Virus record (IMG/VR): IMGVR_UViG_3300013936_000289
Span: 152,064-216,063 of that record
Origin: a virus
Taxonomy: Duplodnaviria > Heunggongvirae > Uroviricota > Caudoviricetes
Strand: one strand, 5' to 3'
Length of the DNA stretch: 64,000 bases
Under the pieces are notes generated by a model. The model saw nothing but the letters and a program-made list of their open reading frames with translations. It made no database searches and was not told where the DNA came from. A program made the translations under genes and the position numbers. Position 1 is the first letter of the stretch. Every line of letters starts with the position of its first letter. This document shows, piece after piece, positions 51,129 to 63,157 of this stretch.

Positions 51129-51305
51129 ATGAAAGTAGAAATTACAGAAGAGAAATTTGATGCATATTATCATCTTCAAATGTCTGGAGAAATTAATATG
51201 TTTGATTATAAAAAAGGTTGTGAAATAACTGGACTTACAAAAGAAGAATGGATTAATATTATTAATAATTATAAAACTTATAAAGCAAAATATATAACTG
51301 ATTAA
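51129..51305 (+). CDS. small hypothetical protein (58 aa)
   Basis: Manual ORF ..QMSGEINMFD..; fills the gap between neighbours. Confidence 0.6.
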   Translation: MKVEITEEKFDAYYHLQMSGEINMFDYKKGCEITGLTKEEWINIINNYKTYKAKYITD

Positions 51306-51315
51306 AATAAAAATT

Positions 51316-51861
51316 ATGACAAAAGTTTTTTATCCTAAGAATAGAGGAGGCATGTATATCAAATGGGTAGATGAACATGGAGACTCAAATAAATCAAAGA
51401 ATAAGAGTGATTTAGTTATTGATCATGTAGCTACAATGCGTGATGAATATAAGAAAGGTGATATAATCGATAAACGAGTATTTCTTGATTTCTTTACAGA
51501 AGCAGACCATGAATCTCCAGAGATTGTAGATACATATTCTGTATTTTTGAGTATTGATTTAACTTCGGCTATTAAGAATGATATGGAATGGATTAAGATG
51601 CATAATAATAGTTTGAATAATAATATTGAAAATTCTCACTATATTAATATTGATTCATTGTCTATTACATCAGTAGAAGTTAATGATGATTTTAAGTTTA
51701 TTCGTATTCATTATGATTTTTGTCAACCACATTATGGATGTTCAGATTCTAGAAGAATGATGGTAGGCGGTGTTCATCGATTGAGTGATTATCCATCTTG
51801 TCCAACTAATAGAAGATTATTGGTTACTAATCAAAGTGATAGTCCTATTGTATTTTGGTAA
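51316..51861 (+). CDS. hypothetical protein
   Basis: 181 aa ORF. Confidence 0.65.
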   Translation: MTKVFYPKNRGGMYIKWVDEHGDSNKSKNKSDLVIDHVATMRDEYKKGDIIDKRVFLDFFTEADHESPEIVDTYSVFLSIDLTSAIKNDMEWIKMHNNSLNNNIENSHYINIDSLSITSVEVNDDFKFIRIHYDFCQPHYGCSDSRRMMVGGVHRLSDYPSCPTNRRLLVTNQSDSPIVFW

Positions 51862-51884
51862 TAAAATAAAACAGTAATATAATT

Positions 51885-52088
51885 ATGACAGAAAAAGATT
51901 TGCAAGAAGAATATAATAATGGATATGAAACAGGTTTTGAAGAAGGACTTGAAAAACGATACGATCATGATTTTATAGAGAAAGTTATCGATGCATATCT
52001 GTTGGTAAAACATGATTGTCAGAGTAAGGATTATGTAGAGAGACATGATTTTATTACAATGGTAATTAATAAGACAAAGAGTATTTAA
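51885..52088 (+). CDS. hypothetical protein
   Basis: 67 aa ORF. Confidence 0.55.
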   Translation: MTEKDLQEEYNNGYETGFEEGLEKRYDHDFIEKVIDAYLLVKHDCQSKDYVERHDFITMVINKTKSI

Positions 52089-52124
52089 TTATATATAATA
52101 TTTAGAAATAATAAAAGAATAAAA

Positions 52125-53384
52125 ATGCCGATTATTAAAGATACAAAGTATTCATATAATGATTTGACAATTGAACCTGCTGTTATTAGTTCAATTAAGA
52201 GTAGAAAGGAATGTAATCCATTTGTGGAAGATGATAAGTATCTTCCACTGTTTACTGCACCTATGTCTACTATTACGAATGAATATAATATTAACATTTG
52301 GAAGTTGAATAAGATTCATCCAATGATTCCACGAAATATAGGAGCAGATCCAAATGGTGATATTGTAAAACGTATGGAATATATTAAACCATTTATGGAT
52401 GATGGCGATTGGGTTGCATTGTCATTGAAAGAGTTTGAATATGTTTTTGTTGATCATAAGATGATGTCACCTGATGAAATATTTTCTGGATATAATCGAA
52501 CATATAGGATTTGTGTGGATTTAGCAAATGGCCATATGGAAAGTTTGTATGAGACTATTAATAAGGCAAAGGATATTGCTGATAATAGTAATTATAAACT
52601 CATTGTAATGACAGGTAATATCGCTAATCCTGAAACTTATGAGTGGATTTGTAAGCATGCTCGCGTGGACTATATCAGACTGTCTATAGGAAGCGGATCC
52701 GTGTGTTTAACTACTTCAAATTCTTCAATTCATTATCCTATTGCATCATTGATTGATAAGTGTAAATATTATAAGAATATTGCTGACAAGGGATTTGATG
52801 AAAATGATAATCCAACAAGTTATTTTAAGTCACATCCTTACCTTGTTGCAGATGGTGGTATTCGTGGTTATGCAGATGTAATTAAAGCATTGGGTCTTGG
52901 TGCAGATTATGTAATGATTGGAAGTTTGTTTACAGGACTTCTTGAGTCAACAGCACCATTGAATATTGAAAGTTATAATAATCATTATCTTTATTTTTAT
53001 AAAGATGGTATTATTAATAATGGAGTAGAAGACATTCTTAATATTTGGGAAGGATTAAATTCTGAAAATCCTGTTATTTCAGATGAACTTGAAAAACAGA
53101 AAAAAGACTTTATTAAGGATATGAAGACTATTACAAAGGAGTCTTATGGAATGTCAACAAAGAAGGCTCAAAAGTTAATTAATCCATCTGCAAAAACAAA
53201 GACTTCAGAAGGTTGTACAAAGTATATTACAGTGAAGGAAACTGTAAAACAGTGGACTGATAATATGATTGATTATATGCGATCTGCAATGAGTTATACA
53301 GATAAGAGAACTATTAATGAATTTAAGGGAAATGTAAATCTTCTTGTTAATAGTTCATGTGCAATTCTTGCAGTGAATAAGTAA
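52125..53384 (+). CDS. IMP dehydrogenase/GMP reductase family enzyme (no CBS domains)
   Basis: TAPM, DLANGH, GNIA, SIGSGSVCLT catalytic Cys loop, ADGGI..DVIKALGLGADYVMIG, YGMST and RSAMSY motifs. Confidence 0.9.
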   Translation: MPIIKDTKYSYNDLTIEPAVISSIKSRKECNPFVEDDKYLPLFTAPMSTITNEYNINIWKLNKIHPMIPRNIGADPNGDIVKRMEYIKPFMDDGDWVALSLKEFEYVFVDHKMMSPDEIFSGYNRTYRICVDLANGHMESLYETINKAKDIADNSNYKLIVMTGNIANPETYEWICKHARVDYIRLSIGSGSVCLTTSNSSIHYPIASLIDKCKYYKNIADKGFDENDNPTSYFKSHPYLVADGGIRGYADVIKALGLGADYVMIGSLFTGLLESTAPLNIESYNNHYLYFYKDGIINNGVEDILNIWEGLNSENPVISDELEKQKKDFIKDMKTITKESYGMSTKKAQKLINPSAKTKTSEGCTKYITVKETVKQWTDNMIDYMRSAMSYTDKRTINEFKGNVNLLVNSSCAILAVNK

Positions 53385-53508
53385 ATATAAACTTAAGTTC
53401 AAAACTTAATTTCGGGTTTTTCATATTAAATTAAGGATAGATTGTTCGTAGAGAATAGTTTATCCTTTTCTATTTAAAATAAATATATTAAAATAATTTT
53501 ATATCTGT

Positions 53509-55716
53509 ATGTTTCCAATTAAAAATGTATAGAAGATAGATAAAGCATATTTTTCAAAAAATAGAAGTTACGCCTAGAATGCTGGTGTTTATTATAATTA
53601 GGACGGATTCTCATCAGTGACTAATAATATAAATTAGTTACAAGGTACATATAATCCTGATAAGTACATATTAGGTAATGTTACGAAACCTAATATGAAA
53701 ACATTTGTTAATTATGATAATAAAGAAAAAGAACATAAAGGAAATAATACAAAAATTAATATTAACAATATAAAAACAAATAAGGAAACGTATGCTTATG
53801 TTTCCAATATCATGATACCTACTATTGAGTCTAAAGTAAAACCAATTTAGGAAATTCTTAAAGAGAAATAGGATATTATTAAAAATAAAAATGTTATTAT
53901 TAATAGTAAATAGTTTAAAGATAAAATAAAAAAGGAAAAAGAAAATAAAATTAATACTGAAGTTGTAAATGTATTGAAGAAAAATAATACTTCGAATTCA
54001 TTATTTCAAAAAGAATTAAATAGCGAAATTATGAAGAACGAGAATGATACTATATATTTAAATAGTTGGGCATTTTTAAATTCTGATAATACAGTAATAC
54101 CACATAACTTTGGTGATGATATAAATTTTTCTTTTTTAAAAGAACTTACAGGTAAACAACATAAAAAATATAATAAGAAAGATAAGAAAATAAATTATAT
54201 ATTCATAGGCTCTATTTTATGTGATGAATATATAGATGATTTTACAAAAATATGGGGGAGTGGTTTCTTATATAAACATAATTTAAAAAATAAACCAAAT
54301 AAAATATATGCAGTGAGAGGTCCCAAAACAAGGGATTACTTATAGGAATTAAATATAAATTGCCCAAAAGTTTATGGGGATCCAGCATTATTATTTCCAT
54401 ATTATTATCAACCATATGTAATGAAAAAATATAAGTTGGGAATTATTCCGCATCATTCACATATTAAATCATATATATTAAATAAATTTAAAGATAATGA
54501 TGATATATTAATAATAGATTTTACAAAATATAATGATTGGAAAGATATAATAAAAAATATAGAAGAATGTGAATTTATTGTTTCAGAAAGTTTACATGGG
54601 TTGATTATTTCAGAAGCATATAGGATTCCAAATATATGGATTAGTATAGGTAAAAATATAGGATAGGACTTTAAATTCGAAGATTTCTTTTTATCTATTC
54701 ATAAACCATTATATGATTCATATTTAGTAACAGAAGAAACAACAGAAGATGATTTATTGAAATTAAAGAATAACTATGATTCAACATATGATATTGATTT
54801 GTAGAAATTAATTGATGTATGCCCAGTAAAATTAAATCATTTGAATTTATATAATAAACCTAAAAAATATACAGGAAAGATCTTATTATGCTGTATAGGA
54901 AAAATGGAAAATAATTATATAAGAGAATTTGTTGAACATCATAAATCAATAGGATTTGATAATATTGTTTTATATGATAACAATGATATTGATGGCGAAC
55001 ATTTTGAAGATGTAATATCTGATTATATAAATTCTGGATATGTAATATTAAAAGATTAGAGAGGGAAAGAATTGGTTTAGATTCCATCATATACAGATTG
55101 CTATAATATATACAAAGACAAATATGATTGGATCGCATATTTCGATATTGATGAATTTTTAGAATTAGATTGTAATGATATACATGAATTTTTATCTAAT
55201 GATATGTTTAATGATAGAGGAATTAATACAATAAGAGTTTGCTGGAGATAGTTTACAGATTCAGAAATATTAAAAGTAGAAGATAATAATTATTCAATTA
55301 AAAGATTTACAGATTATCTACCTATTACAGAAAATTGGTCTACTCAAACTAAAATAATATTTAAAACATGTGTAGATAATATAGAATTTAATTCACCTCA
55401 TGGCATTTTATATGATTCGCCATATAGTAAAAAAATAGTTACAGTAAATACAATAGGTTAGTTATGTATAAATTCTATAAAATTAAGAGATAATGAAAAA
55501 ACATGGGAAAACGCAAGGTTAAATCATTATAGATTCAAGACAATAGAGGAATATGTAATGAATAAGATGGTAAGACTTTGGCCAACTAATTATTTGCAAG
55601 GTGGAAAAGTAGGTCTTAATCTTAATTTCTTTTTTAGATTTAATAATAAAACATAGGAAAAAGAAGATTTTGCAAATTATCTTTTAGATAAATATAATAT
55701 AAATAGAAATGAATAA
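53509..55716 (+). CDS. fusion: low-complexity N-terminus, polysaccharide pyruvyl transferase domain and GT2/GT92-like glycosyltransferase (735 aa, TAG=Gln)
   Basis: Single reading frame through many TAG; IGSIL..WGSG..AVRGP..YGDPAL..SLHGLI and CIGKMEN.YIREFVEHH..GFD.I.LYDN..YDWIAYFDIDEF..LNHY motifs. Confidence 0.85.
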
Positions 55717-55827
55717 TTGAAAATAAAATATTGGAAAAATGAGTAATACTTTTATATTATAATGATATATAATTATTACTCATTTTTTATTTTATAATAA
55801 ATAATAAAAATAATATGTTATATTTAA

Positions 55828-56793
55828 ATGAATAAAGATATACGCCCACCTCAGCATGTATTACATGTTTTTGACCCAAATAAAAAATGTAAACCACATG
55901 ATGAAGTTGAGTTCATAGAAGGTCGTTATGTTGATATTGTAAATACTAAGAATAAGGATCCACATACTTTGTATTTTGGTAAGTCTAAGAATTCAGAATT
56001 GCTTACAGGTATCTTCTTGGGTGATCTTGAACTTACATCTAAAGTTAAAGATATATCTCTTGCTTCAGTAGATGGTGTTGTAACTTTATCTCTCAAATAT
56101 GTAAATGATTCTGGTAAACTTGCAACTGTAAAAACAAATATTGTTTCGTAGAAAGAATTAGATGAAGTAAAAGAAAAACTAGAATAGTTTGATTCTTCTA
56201 TTACAGAAAAAATGAATGCTTCATTTAATGATGTATATGAAAGATTAAATGTTATTGATACTTCTATTACAGATATAAATGAACATCTTACATTTATAGA
56301 TACTTCTGTTGATACTCTTTTTGATAGAGTCAATACTATAGATACTTCTTATGTATAGTTGATTGATGATTTAGATAAAGGCAAATATAATTATACAATT
56401 CATAAGGATTCAGGTACATATGAGAATGGTTTCAAACAAACATTCACTTTATTTAAAGGTGATGAAGAACAAACAGATTCATCTAAGATTGAAGTAACTG
56501 ACATGGTTTTGAAACAGCTTAATTATGTTAAGGATTCAAATAAGATTGAAGCGAAAATTTGGCCTGAACCTATTGATAAGATTGATTTAGTTGAAGGTGT
56601 ATTGACATTGAAAGATGGTACAGTAATTAAGGATGTTACACATTCACTTGACAGTAGTCTTATTAAGACAGTTACATTAGATCTTAAAGATTATGATTCA
56701 CATATAAATGAATTCATGAATACAGATTCATCTATTAATGATAGATTGACTATTGTGGAAGACCAATTGAAATGGGAAGAGATATATAAATAA
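55828..56793 (+). CDS. putative fibre/coiled-coil structural protein A (321 aa, TAG=Gln)
   Basis: Joins track ORFs; IDTS heptad repeats; ends LKWEEIYK. Confidence 0.6.
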
Positions 56794-56845
56794 TAATTTT
56801 TTAAAACATTAATAAATATTAAAATTAAATCTATAAAAATTTAAT

Positions 56846-58390
56846 ATGACAAATAAAATGGTTTATGGTGCTGGTGAAGCAACAAAGTTAACAGATTAGG
56901 TTGCTGATGCAACTATTGCAGGTAAGGAAGTACATTTTTTGAGTGGTGCGTTTGATGAAGACAAAGTGATTAGTATTTATGATGCTCATGATTCAGACGC
57001 TAAATTACGTTTTGTATATGACGCTGCTGGTGATTCCGGTATGATATTTGTTGGTAATCAACTTGTATCTTCTAAGATCCTTGATATTACAACAAATGAG
57101 GTTGCAAAGAAACATTTTGATCCATCAACAGGTAAATATGTAGAATCTACAACAGAGAAAGTTGCTGATAAGGTAATGGTTAAATGGTTCGGTAGTGCAA
57201 CAGATCCTGTTGATAATCAAACAAAGACGAAGACATGGACAACAGAGTTTGATATTATTGATACTGCAACTGTTCAGGAATTGATTAAAGCAGCTCAATC
57301 TAATCTTCAGAACTAGATTGATGATTTGAAAGCACATCATACTGAAGATACTACTCGTTTAGATACTTCGGTATCCGGTATTGAAACTCATCTTAAGAGC
57401 GATGTTGTTTCTGAAGCAGCTAATGGTGCTATTGAAGTAACTCCTGCAAAGGATGCTAATGATTATCAGACATATACAGTAGGTGTTAAAGTTGATGATA
57501 CAACAGTAAAGGTTGTTGATGATGCACTTAAAGTTTCTACATATGCAATTAAGAAAGTTTCTGATGATCAGATGGAACAAACTGATGGCGAGAAAACATA
57601 TGCAGCTGAATATCAATTAATGCAAACTGCTCCTGATGGCACAGTTTCTCCTGTTGGTGATAAGATCAATATTGCTAAGGATTTCTTGGTATCTGGCGCA
57701 CATGTATGTACATTTAAGTATGTTAAAGAAGGAGGCCCAGAAATTGTATATGGTAGTGACTCAGATCAATGGGGTAATTCAGCAACTGTTAATTACGGTG
57801 ATGAAGTAACATCTGCAGCAATGCTTCCATGGTCAGAGAATCAGGATGGTACATGGGAACAAGCACGTCTTGGATTTAAGATTAAATATGGTCATTCATA
57901 TTTACACCTTGTTCTTAATACAAAACCGTCAAAAACTGAATCTGCGAAAGATTCTGATGTTTATCTTGATTTTACAGAAATTTTTGAAACATTCAAGGGT
58001 GATGGTAAGTATATTAAGGTAGAGAATGGTATTGTATCACTTGATGCAGATGCTGTAACAACATATGTTGATACTTCTCTTGGAATCAAGTCTACATTTG
58101 ATGAACTTAAAGCTGAAGATACATCAATTGGTGCTCATCTTGAAAAGACTGATGCTTCTGTTAATGCTATTGAAGCTTCATATGTAAAGGATGCTGTACT
58201 TGAAGCTCCTAAAGCAGATAACAAACAGTTCAATACATTGAAACTTACAACAAGTAAGGACGGTGTTGAAGCAGAAGTAACAGTTGATGTCGCTAATGAA
58301 ACATTCTATACAGGTTTAAATACCGCATTAAATCAACTTCAAGCAAATGACACATATCTTGCTGGTCTTTTGACATGGGAAGAACTCTGA
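56846..58390 (+). CDS. putative fibre structural protein B (514 aa, TAG=Gln)
   Basis: Joins track ORFs through TAG at 56897 and 57314; ends LTWEEL. Confidence 0.6.
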
Positions 58391-58509
58391 TTTTAACAGA
58401 ATTTAGTAATTAATTTTTAATATAATGGAGAAACGTTTTTATTAATGTTTCTCCATTTTTTTGAATAAATATTATAGTAAAAAATAAAATATAAAACTTA
58501 ATTAATAAT

Positions 58510-60294
58510 ATGGCTATTACAATTAAGAAATCAAAGAAGGATAATACTCCTGTTGTATTTGGTGCTCCTATTGCTGGTGATGGTGTAGAAGTAAACTTTG
58601 GTTATGGTACACTTGATAAGGTACTTGAAAAAGTAGGAACTCCTGACGATGGTGTTATTTATTTTGGTTATGATGAAGCAAATAATACAGGCGCTATCGT
58701 TGCTCGTGGTAAGGTTGTTTCTTCAAAGATTTTAAATATTAAATCTACTCCTGCTAATATTGATGAAACTACAGGTGAAGTTAAATCTGAAGCAGCTGTT
58801 ACTGTTTCTTATGTTGATACAGATAAGACTGTTAAGACTCTTGATATTCCTGTTTCAGCTGATGCTAAACTTAAGAGTCTTGCTGATAGAGTTTCTACAT
58901 TGGAAACAACTGTTGGAACTAAAGCAGATTCAAAGGATGTAGATACTGTATTTGGCGCTATCGCAAAGGAAGCAAACCGTGCTACAACTGCAGAAGGTGA
59001 ACTTTCAGATCGTATTGATGATCTTGAGAATGCTGATTATACAACTGTAGAAAAGAAAGAAGCTGGTCATGTAAAGGTTGCAGTTTCTGATAAGAAAGTA
59101 GTAACCATTTCAGAGGACGACATTGCTTCCGCAGAACTTCTTGGCACTGTTGATGATGATAAGACTTAGGAAACTGCATTTGGAAAGATTGCTAAAGAAG
59201 CAGATCGTGCAACAACAGCAGAAGGTAAGTTAGATACACGTGTCACTAATATTGAAACTATTATGGGTGATGTATAGAATCCTGATGAAGATAATGTAAT
59301 CAATAAGGTAGTTGAAGTTATTGATTGGTTTAAAGAGGTAGATGAAACTGAAACCGGTAAAGAACTTATTACAGATGTTGCTCATAATAAAGCAGAAATT
59401 GGTACACCGTCTGATGCAAGCACAGCAGCTACTGGTATTCATAAGAGATTGGAAGATCTTGAAGCTAAGAAACATGCTGTAAGTGATGCAACTGCAGGTG
59501 ATGGTAAATATGTAACTGGTGTACATGTTGATGCAGATGGTAATTTGACTGTTGATTCTGCTAATCTTGAAGCTAATGGTGTTGCAGCTGAAGCTATTGT
59601 TGCAACTGATGATACTGTTGCTGTTGAAGGTGATAAGGTTGATGCACAGATTGCAAGTTTAGCTAAGTCTATCAAGACTACAGAAAAAGCTGCAACTTTT
59701 GCAATTGAAGCACTTGATGTTACAGATACAGCAGAAGAAGGTAAGTATGTATCTTCAGTTTCACAGGAAAATGGTAAGATTAAAGTAGTACGTACAGAAC
59801 TTCCTACACTTTCTGTAAAGACTGGTTCTGAGAATTTTGTTGCAGTTGATAATCATGAAGTTGAAGTTAAGACTTCTGCTCTTGGTTCAGTTGGTCTTAC
59901 AAAGAATACAAATTCTGGTAAGTGGGTTGCAGGTACAAATAATAATGCAACAGGTCTTGCTACTGCAGCTGATGTTGCTGGTGAATTAGTATCTGATGAA
60001 GAGGTAATCGCAGATGCATTCAATGATCACGAAACACGTTTACAAACAGTTGAAAATAAGGCAGTTGCTGTTAATTCTGCTGATAACGATGTTGCAATTA
60101 CAATTCCTGCAGAAGCAGATGTTAATGAGGAGTTTGCTCTTAATGTTACAGGCGGTAAGACAACTTATACTGTTCAGTTTGCTGGCGAAGATGTAGAGAA
60201 ATCAATTGATGTATACAATGAGAAGACAATCGAAGCTCTTGCAAAACTTGTTGCAAAACTTGACAAACGTGTAACTTGGTTGGAACTTAATTAA
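58510..60294 (+). CDS. putative fibre structural protein C (594 aa, TAG=Gln)
   Basis: Joins track ORFs; repeated AKEA.RATTAEG; ends VTWLELN. Confidence 0.6.
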
Positions 60295-60437
60295 TTTTAA
60301 GGCAATTTTTGATTTAGAATAATAAATAATTTAAATACATAGGAGTAAATATAAGATAATTATGTTTACTCCTATTTTTGTATGAATATGCTATAATTGA
60401 ATTATTTAATTCTAAATCTCTTATTTTATTATAAAAG

Positions 60438-60444
60438 ATAAATA
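60438..60444 (+). promoter_or_regulatory. T4-late-like ATAAATA element (representative of 12 copies)
   Basis: Found 21-38 nt upstream of the start codon of structural-type or mostly TAG-rich genes. Confidence 0.55.
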
Positions 60445-60474
60445 TCATAAGTAAAATAATTATTTTAATATTAA

Positions 60475-61731
60475 ATGAGAACATTTAAAAATAATATATT
60501 AAACGAAGCACGTGTATAGAGAACAATAGATCCGAAGATTTGGGCTTCTATGAGTTCTATGTCAAGTCGTATGCGTTCAACATTAGGTGAAGATGCCCGA
60601 GTTATGAAGAAAGACTCAAAGGAAATCCTTCTTCAGAAATATGTTGCAGGCTTGCTTACTATGAAAGTCGAATGTCCACATAATATTTCTGATATTGATA
60701 AGTTGAAAGCATATAAAAATATTGGTGACGCATATATAAATGCAGGTGGTGATATAACATCAATATAGAAATTATATGTTGAAAATGGTGGTAAATTTGA
60801 TGGTGAAATTTCACAAGAACCTGTAAAGCATGATTATCCAGATTATGATGATGTTTCAACAGATGATACAGTAAATGATGAACCAGAAGTTGTTGATGAA
60901 CCAGTTAAAGTAAGTAGAGGTTTTGATGATTCTATTAAACAACATGAAGAACCTGTTGTTGATAATTCAGAAGATGATAATATCGATTCAGAAGAAACAT
61001 CTAATGATTATCCAGATTATGATGATGTATCTATGGAAGATGATATTGATGAAGAACCTATAACAATAGGTGAAAAGTATGATAGTATGAAACCATACTT
61101 TAAAACAGTTGGTAATTCATTAAGGAAAGCAAATATCGGTGATTTCTTAGTATGGGATGAAAAGGATGGTTTGGTATTAAGTAATGATGCATAGAATGCA
61201 ATAGCTAAGTGCGTATTAACTACATATAAGACATTAGATAAGAAACCTGTATTTATGGTTATGAGTGATGAAACAGTAACATTAGGTAATGCAGGAAATA
61301 ATGGTGTATATGATGATTATTACTTCAAGAAGAAATTAGTTGGTGCTAGTTAGAAATTATAGATTACAGCAGGATCAAATTATTATTATCAAGAAGAAGT
61401 TAAAGGAGAATTCTATACAAACATTCTTTCTGATAACGGTAACAATGCCGCTTCTGCTGCCAAATCATTACCTATGAAGAAGTTGAATTTAACCGGTTTG
61501 AATGATGCACAAATTAATGAGGTAAAACAAGAAATTACAGAACATGCATATTTGCCAACTTTACCAGAATTAAATAAAGTTGAAGATATTATTGGTTCAG
61601 GAAGATATTGGACTTCTTCTGTTACAGATAAAGGTGAATCGAATATTATGTTATAGGTAAATCCTGACAAGGTATTTAAGATTGCAGATCCAAATGTAAA
61701 AGCAAAAGTAGTTTCATTTATAAGATTTTAA
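60475..61731 (+). CDS. hypothetical protein with acidic linker (418 aa, TAG=Gln)
   Basis: Manual read-through; DYPDYDDVS occurs twice. Confidence 0.65.
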
Positions 61732-61736
61732 TATAT

Positions 61737-61773
61737 AAAAAAGAGATAGAATTTTGGTTATTCTATCTCTTTT
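61737..61773. terminator. bidirectional terminator between convergent genes
   Basis: aaaagagatagaa / ttctatctctttt stem. Confidence 0.8.
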
Positions 61774-61779
61774 ATTATT

Positions 61780-63132
61780 TTAAATTAATTGTAACTTTCT
61801 TTTAATAGTTTTTGCAACTTTACTCATTATTGATTCATAAAGTGCTTTCTTTTTCTTCTCTATTGTATATTTATATGCAATACATCTTAATGCTTCTGCA
61901 ATACCTAATCTCTTTCTTACTTCTGTCGGATCTGCAGTTACTTTACCATCAGTTGTTGAAACTAAATCTGAAATAGATTTGCCTTTAACATTTATATTTT
62001 CAATTGTCGCATTAACATTAGTATCATCTATAGAATAAACAAGATTTTTAATAACATTATTTAAATCAGAAGGATTTACAAAATCATACTTATTTACAAC
62101 AGCATTAGTATTAATCCAAACAAATGGTACATTTTCTGATACCTTTGCATTTTTTGACGTACGTGCAGTAGATTTCATAAATAATATGCTATCTGTTTTA
62201 AGTGTCATTTCAGCAGTACTAGGTGCATCTTTTACTAGTTGCTTTAATCTTAAAACAAATTCTTTTTCTTCATCTGACACATATGACTTTTCTTCGGTAT
62301 TATCAGAAGACATAGCATTCTTTTTATATGCATATGTTAAGAATGTAATAAATGCCATATCAAGCTTAAATAATGTACCATCTCCATTTACATAATAATA
62401 ATCGGAATCTGTATGACTTGAACGACTGTTATATGCAAAACGTAATGCAATATTACCAGGTTTATTTAAATTTGCATAAATTCCTGGAATAATAGTTGCA
62501 ATATTATATTCATTACCATTTTTCTTGATACGAGGCATTACATTTCTACCATTATAAGAATCTCTCCAATTTTTATCGTTTTCTTTTTCTTCTGGTGTTC
62601 TATCATCCAATGGTACCGGTTTATCATCTTTACGATTATAAAAACGTTCATAATTATTATCATAACCGTCTTCAAAACCAAATTCTCTACGGAGATTTAA
62701 TTCAGCATCATTCTATTTTTTATAAAATTTTGCTAATGCTTTAGAATCTTTCCAGTTACATGTTAAATGACTAATCTTAAGTATATGTTCTGTTGTTAAA
62801 TCAAGCATACATGTTTTTGTCTTTGCAGTGCCATTTAAAAAGCTTTGATATTTAGTAGATTCCCTAAATTCTGTTAATAACTATTTAATTCTATTATTAG
62901 GCATAGCATTAATATATTGCTATAACTATGCGTCCGTTTCTGAATTTATATTATAACATTGCTTTTTTGAACCACGTTTTGATACAAGTGGGTTAGCACC
63001 TTCTCCCTATAATGTATCTGATACATATGCAATTGAAACATAATCACCAGGTTTCATATTATATTTCATGAAAATATCAGCAGGATTATAAACAACTAAT
63101 GGCTTCTATTTTGCTTCAAATAATTTTTTCAT
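61780..63132 (-). CDS. hypothetical protein with C-terminal LYE helix (450 aa, TAG=Gln)
   Basis: Starts MKKLFEAK; read-through into track ORF 61780-62610; ends KKKALYESIMSKVAKTIKRKLQLI. Confidence 0.7.
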
Positions 63133-63157
63133 ATATTTAATTAAAATTTATTTTTTA

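Noticed and set aside
49200-53384. Host chromosomal contamination (OmpA, IMPDH/GMPR, CorA)
   Set aside because: These genes share promoter classes, AT content and continuity with recoded phage genes.
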